NCBI GenBank assembly: GCA_938041705.1
Contig: CALISP010000015.1
Coordinates: 1 to 48,153 of the forward strand
DNA length: 48,153 bases
Direction of reading: 5' to 3'
From: an uncultured Cocleimonas sp.
GTDB lineage: Bacteria > Pseudomonadota > Gammaproteobacteria > Thiotrichales > Thiotrichaceae
Shown here: piece by piece, positions 37,890 through 47,529 of the stretch
Layout: each line of letters begins with the position of its first letter
How positions within the stretch are numbered: the stretch's first letter is position 1
Notes under the pieces: generated by a model
The model's input: the letters and a program-made list of their open reading frames with translations, nothing else
Database searches by the model: none
Told to the model about the DNA's origin: nothing
Translations under genes and position numbers: made by a program

Positions 37890-40235
37890 ATGGTAGAGAC
37901 ATACGAAAAACTGGGCTTATTTTATTTAGGTAAAGATGTAGATAAAGAAACCCAAGATGCAACTGAAGCGCTTACTCTACTTAAAAACAAAAATTTCACT
38001 ACACACGCCACTATTATCGGCATGACAGGTAGTGGTAAAACAGGCTTAGGTGTAGGAATTATCGAAGAAGCAGTTATAGATAATATTCCTTCTATTGTTA
38101 TTGATCCGAAAGGAGATATGGGCAACCTTCTTTTAGCCGACCCAGAATTCAATCCAAAATCATTTGAACCTTGGATAGCTGATGAGGCGAAAAACAAAGA
38201 AAAAGATATTGCTGAATATGCTGTAAAAACCGCAGAAATGTGGGAAAACGGTATTACGAGCCATCATCAAGATAGAGCTAGAGTTGCAAAATTTGCGGCT
38301 ATGAAGAAAACGATCTATACCCCTGGTAGTAGTGCAGGCGTCAGTATTAACGTTTTGAGTTCATTAGAAACACCGCCTGAAGAAATATTAGATGATAGTG
38401 ATTCTTTTTCTTCTTATATAAATTCAACCGTAAGTAGCTTACTTTCGCTGATTGGTATTGAAGCAGACCCCGTTGAATCTAAAGAATATATTTTACTGGC
38501 ACAACTCATTACACAATCTTGGTTAAGTGGAAATGATCTGAGTCTTGAAGATCTTATCGGTCGCATTATTAGCCCTCCTTTCAAAAAGATTGGTGTTTTA
38601 CCTTTAGATGCTTTTTATCCACAAGCTGAACGTTTTAAGTTTGCGACTAAATTCAATTCAATTATTGCCTCACCTACATTCAGTGCATGGTTAGAAGGTG
38701 AAACCTTAGACATTCAAAAACTACTATATGATGAAGATGGTAAAGCTAAAGTAGCAATTTTCTCAATTTCTCACCTAAGCGATGAAGAACGCATGTTTTT
38801 TGTCACTCTGCTACTTAACAAATTTGTCGCTTGGATGCGACGCCAAAGTGGTACATCTGCACTCAAGACTATATTGTATATGGATGAAATATATGGCTTT
38901 TTCCCACCTACTAAAAACCCACCTAGTAAAGAGCCTATGCTTTTATTACTAAAACAAGCACGTGCCTATGGTGTTGGTGTGATTCTTAGCACTCAAAACC
39001 CTGTAGACCTTGATTACAAAGGCTTGTCGAATATGGGAACATGGTTTATCGGGCGTTTACAGACTAGGCAAGATGTTGATCGTGTTATAGATGGACTAGG
39101 CGGTAAAGTAGGTTCAACTTATGACAAAGATGAGATTCGTAATCTATTGTCAAATATGAAAAAACGCACTTTCTTCCTTAAAAGTGCACATCTTGATGAC
39201 ATTCGTATTTTTGGTACTCGTTGGGTCATGAGTTATTTGAAAGGTCCGTTAAAGAAAGCTGAGATAGCTGAACTAATGGAAACCCAAAAGAACCAACTTG
39301 CTATTACTTCTGAGCCTAAAGAAGAAACAAAACAAGCTGCTGAAGCTGCAAAAGCTGATGGTTATGAAAGTTACTCAAATCTTGACAGTAGCGTTCCTCA
39401 GTATTTTCAACCCGATTTATCTCGATCAGATAAGTATGTTGCAACTCTAATGGCAGATTGCACTGTGAATTTCTTTAATCAGTCTCGTGGTATTGATGAG
39501 GAAGAAGACTATTGCTTAACTCTTGAACTTGATGCATCAGATCGTGATGCAGATTGGGATCATGCTAGCAATGATGAAGATCCGAGTGATCATTTTCCTA
39601 ACTTGCCAACGAATGCACCTGAAAATGCGCAATATGCTGAAATTCCTGAGTTCTTACAGAAAGATAAACAACTTCGAGCAAGTAAAAAATCATTATCTGA
39701 CTGGCTTTATCATGAACACGCATTACAGTTATTCCGCTGCAAATCACCCAAACTAGAATCAACTCCATATGAAACTGTAGGAGACTTTAAAACCAGAATA
39801 AGCGATGTGTTAAACGACGAAAAAGAACAAGCAATTGAAGTATTACAAGAACGTTATGGTAAGAAAGAAAAAGTATTAATGGATCGTCTTGACCGGTATC
39901 AGCTAAGCGTAGATAAAGAACAAGCAGATTCTACTAGTTCTTTTATGAATGTAGGTATAACTGTTCTTGGCGCCCTATTCGGAAAATCACGAGCCTCGAT
40001 TGGACGAGCAGGTTCTAGAGTATTAAAAGAACGCGGTGATGTTGGAAGAGCTAAAGAACGCGTTGAAAAAGTTGAAGATGACTTAAAAGAACTTGAAGAA
40101 GAGCTTGAAGATAAGATTGATGACTTGGTAGACGAGTACGATATCGAAAATGTAGATATTGAAGACTTCCAAATTAAACCTAGAAAAACTGACATCCAAA
40201 TCAATGATATTGCGGTTGTTTGGCGGTCTGTTTAA
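37890..40235 (+). CDS. HerA/FtsK-like ATPase (DUF87/DUF853-type) with C-terminal coiled coil
   Basis: Walker A GMTGSGKT, IDPKGD, Walker B YMDE, LLKQARA.G.G...STQNP.DLDYK. Confidence 0.85.
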   Translation: MVETYEKLGLFYLGKDVDKETQDATEALTLLKNKNFTTHATIIGMTGSGKTGLGVGIIEEAVIDNIPSIVIDPKGDMGNLLLADPEFNPKSFEPWIADEAKNKEKDIAEYAVKTAEMWENGITSHHQDRARVAKFAAMKKTIYTPGSSAGVSINVLSSLETPPEEILDDSDSFSSYINSTVSSLLSLIGIEADPVESKEYILLAQLITQSWLSGNDLSLEDLIGRIISPPFKKIGVLPLDAFYPQAERFKFATKFNSIIASPTFSAWLEGETLDIQKLLYDEDGKAKVAIFSISHLSDEERMFFVTLLLNKFVAWMRRQSGTSALKTILYMDEIYGFFPPTKNPPSKEPMLLLLKQARAYGVGVILSTQNPVDLDYKGLSNMGTWFIGRLQTRQDVDRVIDGLGGKVGSTYDKDEIRNLLSNMKKRTFFLKSAHLDDIRIFGTRWVMSYLKGPLKKAEIAELMETQKNQLAITSEPKEETKQAAEAAKADGYESYSNLDSSVPQYFQPDLSRSDKYVATLMADCTVNFFNQSRGIDEEEDYCLTLELDASDRDADWDHASNDEDPSDHFPNLPTNAPENAQYAEIPEFLQKDKQLRASKKSLSDWLYHEHALQLFRCKSPKLESTPYETVGDFKTRISDVLNDEKEQAIEVLQERYGKKEKVLMDRLDRYQLSVDKEQADSTSSFMNVGITVLGALFGKSRASIGRAGSRVLKERGDVGRAKERVEKVEDDLKELEEELEDKIDDLVDEYDIENVDIEDFQIKPRKTDIQINDIAVVWRSV

Positions 40236-40266
40236 TTAAACTACTTCAATAGAAACATATATAAAA

Positions 40267-40294
40267 TCAGAGGGGTTTTTTCAGAACCCTCTGA
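40267..40294. terminator. Hairpin after the ATPase gene (possible terminator)
   Basis: TCAGAGGG(G)TT..AACCCTCTGA; no clear U-tract. Confidence 0.4.
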
Positions 40295-40476
40295 CTAGTT
40301 ATAACATCATATAGACATTACCTTTTGAAATGTACTAATGTACTTATAGGCTCATATCGAGACTGAAGAAGGCCCCTGCTTTCTCCTTTTATAAATATAA
40401 ATACAAGGTAGATTTGTAGCCACTCCGCGTTATAATTAATTTACTATTTAATAATAACGAAAGCATCTAAGAATCC

Positions 40477-41766
40477 ATGGAAAATATAACAATAGAACCC
40501 ATTAACCGTGTCAACGGCGAAATCACTATTCCCGGCTCAAAGAGCTTATCAAATAGAATCTTATTACTCGCCACACTAGCAAAAGGCGAAACCATTGTAA
40601 GTAACCTTCTTGATAGCGACGACATTAATTTTATGCTTAATGCTTTAAAAAAGATGGGTGTGAGCTATGAACTTTCTAGTGATAAAAGCCAGTGTATTCT
40701 GCAAGGCCTAGGTGGCCCTATTAACGCAGGTAATAATGTAACCGAATTATTTTTAGGCAATGCAGGCACTGCAATGCGCCCTCTTACAGCGGCCTTATGC
40801 CTTGGTGAAGGTAACTTTGTCCTAACGGGTGAACCTCGCATGTTTGAGCGCCCTATAGGTCATCTGGTTAATGCACTTCGCCAAGCAGGCGCAGATATTG
40901 AGTATTTACAAGATGAAAATTACCCACCGCTAAAAATTAATAGTAAAGGCTTACAAGGTGGCCGAGTAGAAATACAAGGCAGTATTTCAAGCCAATTCTT
41001 AACTGCTTTACTAATGGCTGCACCACTGGCCACAGGCGATATGGAAATTGTGGTGATTGATGAGCTCGTCTCCAAGCCTTATATCGAAATCACATTACAT
41101 TTAATGAAACTCTTTGGCGTCGAAGTTGAAAACAACAACTTTGAATCATTTAAAATAACTGGTAATCAAACATATCAATCACCAGGACGTATTATGGTTG
41201 AGGGTGATGCATCATCTGCATCATATTTTTTAGCTGCGGCAGCGATTAAAGGCGGCAGTATAAAAGTTAATGGCGTTGGTACCTCATCTATTCAAGGAGA
41301 TGCTAAGTTTGCTGATGTATTAGAGATGATGGGTGCAAATGTAGAATGGTCCGAAGAATCCATCACCGTCACAAACTCAGGCAAACTCAAAGCAGTTGAT
41401 GTTGATTTAAATCATATTCCAGATGCAGCAATGACAATTGCAGCAGCAGCATTGTTTGCTGATGGCACTACGACAATTCGCAACATTTATAACTGGCGAG
41501 TAAAAGAGACTGATCGTTTAAGCGCGATGGCAACTGAATTACGCAAAGTTGGTGCAATTGTAGAGGAAGGCGAAGATTATATCGTGATCGAACCACCAGC
41601 TGAAATTACAGCCGCCACTATTGATACTTATGACGATCACCGCATTGCAATGTGTTTATCTCTCGCTGCAATGGGAAAGAGCTCAATAACTATTAATGAT
41701 CCAGGATGTACTGGAAAGACTTTCCCAACCTATTTTGAACTCTTTGAATCAGTTATCGAAAGATGA
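40477..41766 (+). CDS. aroA: EPSP synthase (class I-type)
   Basis: [51 protein letters not shown]. Confidence 0.97.
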   Translation: MENITIEPINRVNGEITIPGSKSLSNRILLLATLAKGETIVSNLLDSDDINFMLNALKKMGVSYELSSDKSQCILQGLGGPINAGNNVTELFLGNAGTAMRPLTAALCLGEGNFVLTGEPRMFERPIGHLVNALRQAGADIEYLQDENYPPLKINSKGLQGGRVEIQGSISSQFLTALLMAAPLATGDMEIVVIDELVSKPYIEITLHLMKLFGVEVENNNFESFKITGNQTYQSPGRIMVEGDASSASYFLAAAAIKGGSIKVNGVGTSSIQGDAKFADVLEMMGANVEWSEESITVTNSGKLKAVDVDLNHIPDAAMTIAAAALFADGTTTIRNIYNWRVKETDRLSAMATELRKVGAIVEEGEDYIVIEPPAEITAATIDTYDDHRIAMCLSLAAMGKSSITINDPGCTGKTFPTYFELFESVIER

Positions 41767-41831
41767 ATTTAAAAAGCGTTGAAGTTAATTGAGAGACAAT
41801 TGCTTTTTAAATAAAACAGTTTAAAAGCAAA

Positions 41832-42698
41832 CTAGGATTTATTGATAATTCGATCGCGAGTTGTTTTTGCTTGAATAAAAAGAGACTCTATTTCTTCTGC
41901 GTTACTATTTGAAATAGCTTGTTTAATTTTTGCTAAGTCTTCTTGATAAGCATCAAGAGCATCAAGAATGGCTGTTTTATTCTCAAGGCATATATCACGC
42001 CACATCACGGCATCACTCGATGCTGTTCGTGAAAAGCTTTCGAATCCCCCTGCGGCATAATCAAATACTTCATCTTTATATTTTGATTTAGATAGTGAGT
42101 TTACGAAAGTAAACGCTAAAACATGAGGTAAATGACTTGTTGCTGCCAACACATCGTCATGTTGTTTAATAGGCAGCATTTCAACCGTTGCCCCGGCAGT
42201 TTTCCACATTTCTTTAACTGCTTTTACTGCTTTCTCGTTAGTTTCAGAAGTCGGTGTCAATACTACTTTATGACCTTCATAAAGATCAGAAATCGCGGCT
42301 TCTACAGAACTTTTCTCACGGCCTGCTATAGGGTGACCTGCAACAAAATTTGGTGGCAAAACTCCATTAAATGCTAATTTAACTGCATTGATAACACTAC
42401 CCTTAGCGCTTCCTGCATCGGTGACGATGGTATCTTTATCTAAAACATCGCTAATGTTCTCAAGTATCGTACCAATTGCTCTTATTGGTACTGCTAACAA
42501 AACGATATCAGCACCTTTTACTGCTTCTTTTTGATCTAAGGTATAACTATCGATTACACCTAACTCAACGGCTCTTTTCAAATGTGCTTCATTGCGACTG
42601 CAACCCACTATGGTTTTACAGTAACCGGCCTTTTTAAGGGCAAGAGCTAATGAACCACCAATGAGACCAACGCCAAAAATACAGAGTTTATTAATCAC
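41832..42698 (-). CDS. tyrA: Prephenate/arogenate dehydrogenase
   Basis: GVGLIGGS, TDAGS.K, GHPIAG.E, HD..LA..SHLPH, MWRDI. Confidence 0.92.
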   Translation of the reverse strand: MINKLCIFGVGLIGGSLALALKKAGYCKTIVGCSRNEAHLKRAVELGVIDSYTLDQKEAVKGADIVLLAVPIRAIGTILENISDVLDKDTIVTDAGSAKGSVINAVKLAFNGVLPPNFVAGHPIAGREKSSVEAAISDLYEGHKVVLTPTSETNEKAVKAVKEMWKTAGATVEMLPIKQHDDVLAATSHLPHVLAFTFVNSLSKSKYKDEVFDYAAGGFESFSRTASSDAVMWRDICLENKTAILDALDAYQEDLAKIKQAISNSNAEEIESLFIQAKTTRDRIINKS

Positions 42699-42725
42699 AG
42701 TTTTATGAGCCTTAAAAAAAACATA

Positions 42726-43865
42726 CTAGTGATCTATTCCTAAGGCACTTAATACTTTATCAAGAGCATCTAAACACCTCTGATTATCTTCCGGTGTTGA
42801 AATACTAATACGTAAATGATTAGGCAAACCATAGTTAGCGATAGGTCGAACGATGACGGCCTCACGAAGAAGTGCTTCATAAATTGGCATTGCATCTTGT
42901 TCAAAATCGATCGTTATAAAATTACCTACAGTTGGGATGTAATCTAATCCCCTATATTGACAGGCAGCGCGCCAAAATTTTATACCTTTGGTATTCATCT
43001 CAACACACTTTTCTAAATGGCCATCATCACCTAAGGCAGCTGTTGCAGCCAGTATTGAAACAGTATTTACATTAAATGGATGTCTCACGCGATTCAATAA
43101 ATCAGCTATTTGCTCATTACAGACCGCATAACCAACACGCAAGCCTGCTAGTCCATAAGCTTTAGAAAACGTTCGGGATACGATCAAGTTAGAAAATTCT
43201 TCCAACCATTCTAGTGCATTAGGATACTCAGCAGACTCAACATATTCACAATATGCTTCATCTACAACAACAATTATATGTGCCGGCACTTTATTGATGA
43301 ATTTCTTTAACTCATCACTTTTTAACCAAGTACCCGTTGGATTATTAGGATTAGCAATAAAAATGACGCTCGTTTTATCATTAATCAACGCTGCCATAGC
43401 ATCCAAATCATGACCATATGGATTTTCATCATGATCAGAATCTAAGGACTTTGCAATTCGTGCTGTTGCACCCACAGCTTGAGTACTTATTGGATAAACA
43501 GCAAAAGCATACTCTGAAAATATAGCTTCACGTCCTTCACAAAGAAAAGTTCGCGCAACCATATCTAAAATATCATTCGAACCATTTCCTAAAATAATTT
43601 GTTTAATATCAACAGCAAATTTTTCAGAGATTTTTTGTTTTAAGACAAAACCATTTCCATCAGGATATAAGTCAACCTGTTTTACGGCATTTTGCATGGC
43701 TTCAATCGCTAATGGACTAGGGCCCATCGTATTTTCGTTAGAAGCTAGTTTTAGGGTATTAGTTACACCTAACTCGCGTTCTAACTCTTCTATTGGCTTG
43801 CCAGGTAAATACGGTTTTAAATTTTGTACACCTGTGACGGCGTATTTATGAAAATCAATACTCAT
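42726..43865 (-). CDS. hisC: Histidinol-phosphate/aromatic aminotransferase
   Basis: KLASNEN, GNGSND, ANPNNPTG, DEAY, RTFSKAYGLAGLRVG. Confidence 0.94.
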   Translation of the reverse strand: MSIDFHKYAVTGVQNLKPYLPGKPIEELERELGVTNTLKLASNENTMGPSPLAIEAMQNAVKQVDLYPDGNGFVLKQKISEKFAVDIKQIILGNGSNDILDMVARTFLCEGREAIFSEYAFAVYPISTQAVGATARIAKSLDSDHDENPYGHDLDAMAALINDKTSVIFIANPNNPTGTWLKSDELKKFINKVPAHIIVVVDEAYCEYVESAEYPNALEWLEEFSNLIVSRTFSKAYGLAGLRVGYAVCNEQIADLLNRVRHPFNVNTVSILAATAALGDDGHLEKCVEMNTKGIKFWRAACQYRGLDYIPTVGNFITIDFEQDAMPIYEALLREAVIVRPIANYGLPNHLRISISTPEDNQRCLDALDKVLSALGIDH

Positions 43866-43941
43866 AGTTTTACTTGTTCTATTATGTTAATTTTATTTAG
43901 ATTATCTCTATTTGCCCTTTATACTTTTATCTAGGGTTACT

Positions 43942-45066
43942 TCACAAAATAGCTTTAGGGTAAGAACCTAATACACGAATTAACTGTGATTCTAGTGATA
44001 GCTCTTTAAGTGCTTTAGAAACCTTAGGATCTTTTGCGTGACCATCGATATCCATAAAGAAATAATATTCCCAATTGGCATTTTGTGATGGTCTGGATTC
44101 GATACGTGTCATATCTAAACCATTTGCAGCCAAAGGCGCCAGTAAATGATAAAGAGCACCAGATCGATTTTTTGCAGAAATCATTAAAGTAGTTTTATCT
44201 ACTCCAGAGGGAGGTACATCTTGCTTACCAATAACCAAAAATCGAGTGGTATTATCTTGGTTATCTTCAATATTTTTCTGAGCGATCTCTAAGCCATACG
44301 TTTCAGCGGCAAGAACTCCAGCAATAGCTGCAGATGAACTATCTTCTTTGGCTCTTCGTGCTGCTTCAGTATTACTAGAAACTGGCACCTGTTCAGCATT
44401 TGGTAAATTAGTATCTAACCATCGGCGACATTGCGCCAATGATTGTTGATGTGAATATACGGTAGTTACATCCTGCCAGTTTTTATTTTGAGTCATCAAA
44501 TTTTGATGGATACGCAAACTGACCTCACCACTAATTTTCAATGGAGAATGCATAAATACGTCTAACGTATATGAAATTACACCTTCGGTTGAATTTTCAA
44601 TGGGGACGACACCATAATCGACCGTACCATTCTCAACCTGAGTGAAAACTTGTTTGATAGAACCCATTGGAACAGTTTCGACTGCGTGACCGAAGTGTTT
44701 ACTTGATGCTTCCTGTGAGAATGTTCCATTAGGCCCAAGAAAAGCAACTTTGATGCTTTGCTCTAAGGCTAAGCATGATGATATTACCTCGCGATAAATC
44801 GCTGTTATGCGTTCATTTGCTAGGGGACCGTTATTATTAGCAGACATCCTGTTCAGAATTTGCGCTTCACGCTCAGGACGGTAAAACCACAAATCTTTTT
44901 CACCTGATTCACGCTTAGTTTCAGCCACCTTCTCGGCGCAAGCTGCACGTTGCGACAACAACTCAAGCATCTGATCATCTATAGAGTCTATAGAATCACG
45001 TATCTTCGATAATTTGTCGCTGAGTTCACTTGCATTGCCTGAAGTGCTATCTGTTGTCTTGTCCAT
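43942..45066 (-). CDS. pheA: Chorismate mutase/prephenate dehydratase (P-protein)
   Basis: R..ID.ID N-terminal CM domain, LGP.GTF, PIENSTEG, NTTRF, IESRPS. Confidence 0.96.
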   Translation of the reverse strand: MDKTTDSTSGNASELSDKLSKIRDSIDSIDDQMLELLSQRAACAEKVAETKRESGEKDLWFYRPEREAQILNRMSANNNGPLANERITAIYREVISSCLALEQSIKVAFLGPNGTFSQEASSKHFGHAVETVPMGSIKQVFTQVENGTVDYGVVPIENSTEGVISYTLDVFMHSPLKISGEVSLRIHQNLMTQNKNWQDVTTVYSHQQSLAQCRRWLDTNLPNAEQVPVSSNTEAARRAKEDSSSAAIAGVLAAETYGLEIAQKNIEDNQDNTTRFLVIGKQDVPPSGVDKTTLMISAKNRSGALYHLLAPLAANGLDMTRIESRPSQNANWEYYFFMDIDGHAKDPKVSKALKELSLESQLIRVLGSYPKAIL

Positions 45067-45146
45067 ATTTTATATCTTGTCTTTTCTTTTGTGGTTTAAT
45101 TTTCTTGTCGTCTGATATTTTTTAAAAACTTAATATTAGTTATTTA

Positions 45147-46262
45147 TTAAGCTTTACGTTGCTCAAAATCCTTCATCATATCAAGTAAAGCATCTACACC
45201 TGCTTCTGGCATAGCATTGTAAATGCTCGCGCGCATTCCGCCTACTGACTTGTGACCTTTTAGGGCAACTAAGTTACGTTTTGCAGCTTCATCTAAAAAC
45301 GTATCATCCAAAGATTCGTCTAATAGACCAAAAGGAACATTCATCCAAGAACGAAACTCTTTATCTACTTTATTATTATAAAAATTCGAATCATCTATCG
45401 CATTATATAGTTTTTGAGATTTACGTTGATTAATAGCAGCTATTGCGTTTAATCCACCTTGTTTCTTTATCCACTTAAATACCAAGCCTGCCAAATACCA
45501 AGCATAAGTTGCAGGCGTGTTATACATCGAACCACTCTCAGCATGTACCGTGTAATTCAACATTGTTGGAGTAGATTTAGCTACCTTTCCAAGAAGATCT
45601 TCACGAACAATCACTAAGGTTAAACCTGCAGGACCTATATTTTTTTGAGCACCAGCGTAAATCATACCGTATTTAGTAACTTCAATGGGCCTCGATAGAA
45701 TTGTCGATGACAAATCTGCTACTAAAGGAACATTCATATCAGGATTGATATTATCAAAACTACGACTATTAAACTCAGGCTCTTGAGATAACTCTAAACC
45801 ACCAATAGTCTCGTTATATACATAATGTAAATACGCTGCATTAGGATTTGTATTCCAAGATTGAACCGGAGCTATAGTAGTGTAGTTATTTGATTCAGAA
45901 CTACTTACAACATTGACCTTACAATACCGGTTTGCTTCGGCAATAGCTTTACGTGACCAAATACCCGTATCTAAATAATCTGCAGACTCTTTTCCATGTA
46001 ATAAATTTAAAGGAATAGCTGCAAACTGTGAGTGTGCACCACCCTGTAAAAATAGTACTTTATAATTATCAGGAATCGATAGTAACTCTCGTAAGTCAGC
46101 TTCCGCTGTAGCTGCAATCTCCATGAACTCTTTACTACGATGGCTCATTTCCATTACAGAAACACCCGTTCCATTCCAATCAAGCATTTCAGCTTGTGCT
46201 TGTTCTAATACCTCAAGTGGTAAAGTCGCTGGGCCTGCACTAAAATTGTATTTACGAGTCAT
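45147..46262 (-). CDS. serC: Phosphoserine aminotransferase
   Basis: NFSAGPA, EMSHRS, YAGAQKNIGPAG, GH.SVGGMRASIYNAM. Confidence 0.97.
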   Translation of the reverse strand: MTRKYNFSAGPATLPLEVLEQAQAEMLDWNGTGVSVMEMSHRSKEFMEIAATAEADLRELLSIPDNYKVLFLQGGAHSQFAAIPLNLLHGKESADYLDTGIWSRKAIAEANRYCKVNVVSSSESNNYTTIAPVQSWNTNPNAAYLHYVYNETIGGLELSQEPEFNSRSFDNINPDMNVPLVADLSSTILSRPIEVTKYGMIYAGAQKNIGPAGLTLVIVREDLLGKVAKSTPTMLNYTVHAESGSMYNTPATYAWYLAGLVFKWIKKQGGLNAIAAINQRKSQKLYNAIDDSNFYNNKVDKEFRSWMNVPFGLLDESLDDTFLDEAAKRNLVALKGHKSVGGMRASIYNAMPEAGVDALLDMMKDFEQRKA

Positions 46263-46322
46263 TACTTAAGATCCAATCATTTTAAAAATATGTTTCCAAT
46301 TTTTGGTAAAAACATATCAGTT

Positions 46323-47387
46323 TTAAGCGTTATTAATAGTAATAGGTGTTGAAAGCGAAATTCCTTTTTCAATTGATGTTTCTAACATGAGCAATAATAA
46401 CCGTTGCCTAGTAAGCAGTAATTTATCAACTTCTTTCGTATAGTAATAAAAGACCCACTCTACTGCATGATCGCCAGTCTCTTTAACGCCATACTGGAAT
46501 TCATGCTGCTCTTCTATAAAGATAGATTCATCTAATTTTGCTAGTTCATAAACCGAATTAAAAAGATCTTTGACGGAATCAGTAGGTGTGTCATAAGATA
46601 TTTTAAAAATCAAACTTTCGCGTAAACCTTTGGCTGATGCAAACTTAGATAAATTATGCACAGTAAAATCACGCAATTTCGAATTCCTAATCATAACTCT
46701 ATGATTAGTGGGAATATTTAAAACAACAGTATGAAAGACTTTAGTTTTATGAACCCTGCCATAAAACAACTCATTATCTTGAAATTGAATAATATCGCCT
46801 TCAGAAAGCATATCGCTATTAAGTATGATCAAACCATTAAAAATATCAGGTGCCCAAATATTTGAGGTCAAGGCAAAAAACACCCCTATCAATCCAATTA
46901 CGCCACCTGCTTCAAGAACTGAATCAAAACCGAGTAAACGAATAACACCCACTAACGCAATGATGCCAATAAAGATACTACTGAAGATACTTAATAAACG
47001 AGTTTGGTAGGTTGAAATAAACCTAGTCTCATCATTTATTTCACGTTTTTTACCGTACAAACGAACTAAAAATCCATGAGCGATATGCATTGCTAGATAA
47101 GCAAAGTAGATGATCGCCAAAACACCTATTATATTGATTAAAAAGGTTTTATTAGTTTTATCTTGAAAGAACCGAAAATATCCATAGGCAAGTATGATAA
47201 GCATATTTAATGCTCTAAAGACCATAACCTTACGTGAGAAATTTAATTCTTTTTCTGGCTGATTATAAACCTGAGTGAGAATGACTTTGGCGAATAACAT
47301 TAACACCAAATTCACGCCGATAAGTAGATAGCCAAAACTATCTAACTTATCGATAAATGAAGAGAGGGTATCTATCATGCTAAGCAT
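46323..47387 (-). CDS. Mechanosensitive ion channel (MscS family)
   Basis: N-terminal TM helices, GG..G.......D.F.G..I.....GD.I, and IRNSKL in the beta domain. Confidence 0.8.
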   Translation of the reverse strand: MLSMIDTLSSFIDKLDSFGYLLIGVNLVLMLFAKVILTQVYNQPEKELNFSRKVMVFRALNMLIILAYGYFRFFQDKTNKTFLINIIGVLAIIYFAYLAMHIAHGFLVRLYGKKREINDETRFISTYQTRLLSIFSSIFIGIIALVGVIRLLGFDSVLEAGGVIGLIGVFFALTSNIWAPDIFNGLIILNSDMLSEGDIIQFQDNELFYGRVHKTKVFHTVVLNIPTNHRVMIRNSKLRDFTVHNLSKFASAKGLRESLIFKISYDTPTDSVKDLFNSVYELAKLDESIFIEEQHEFQYGVKETGDHAVEWVFYYYTKEVDKLLLTRQRLLLLMLETSIEKGISLSTPITINNA

Positions 47388-47433
47388 TCATTTAAACAGA
47401 ATCTGATTACTTAAAACTAAGCAACCATCGTTT

Positions 47434-47521
47434 AAAAAGACACCCCCCTACTTTTAAGTGATATTACATTTTTGTAGTTAAAAAATGTAAATAGCTTTAT
47501 ACAAAGCCAAGCTGTTTTTAG
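47434..47521 (+). repeat. GACACC-repeat element, short form
   Basis: AAAAAGACACCCCCCTACTTTTAAGTGATATTAC followed by perfect hairpin TTACATTTTT..AAAAATGTAA (47464-47490). Confidence 0.85.
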
Positions 47522-47529
47522 TGAACTGA

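Noticed and set aside
40320-40440. Slightly GC-richer patch upstream of aroA as an RNA element or gene remnant
   Set aside because: No convincing structure, ORF or similarity to the other repeats found by eye.
1379-47010. Numerous short ORFs antisense to or out of frame within confident genes (e.g. 1379-1621, 5923-6312, 6851-7216, 15903-16157, 19820-20116, 39899-40204, 46825-47010)
   Set aside because: Shadow ORFs fully overlapping well-supported CDSs, with no motifs of their own.
163-47456. Repeat family as a CRISPR array or integron attC sites
   Set aside because: Copies are dispersed in both orientations with no regular spacers, lack RYYYAAC/GTTRRRY ends, and there is no cas or intI gene in the window.
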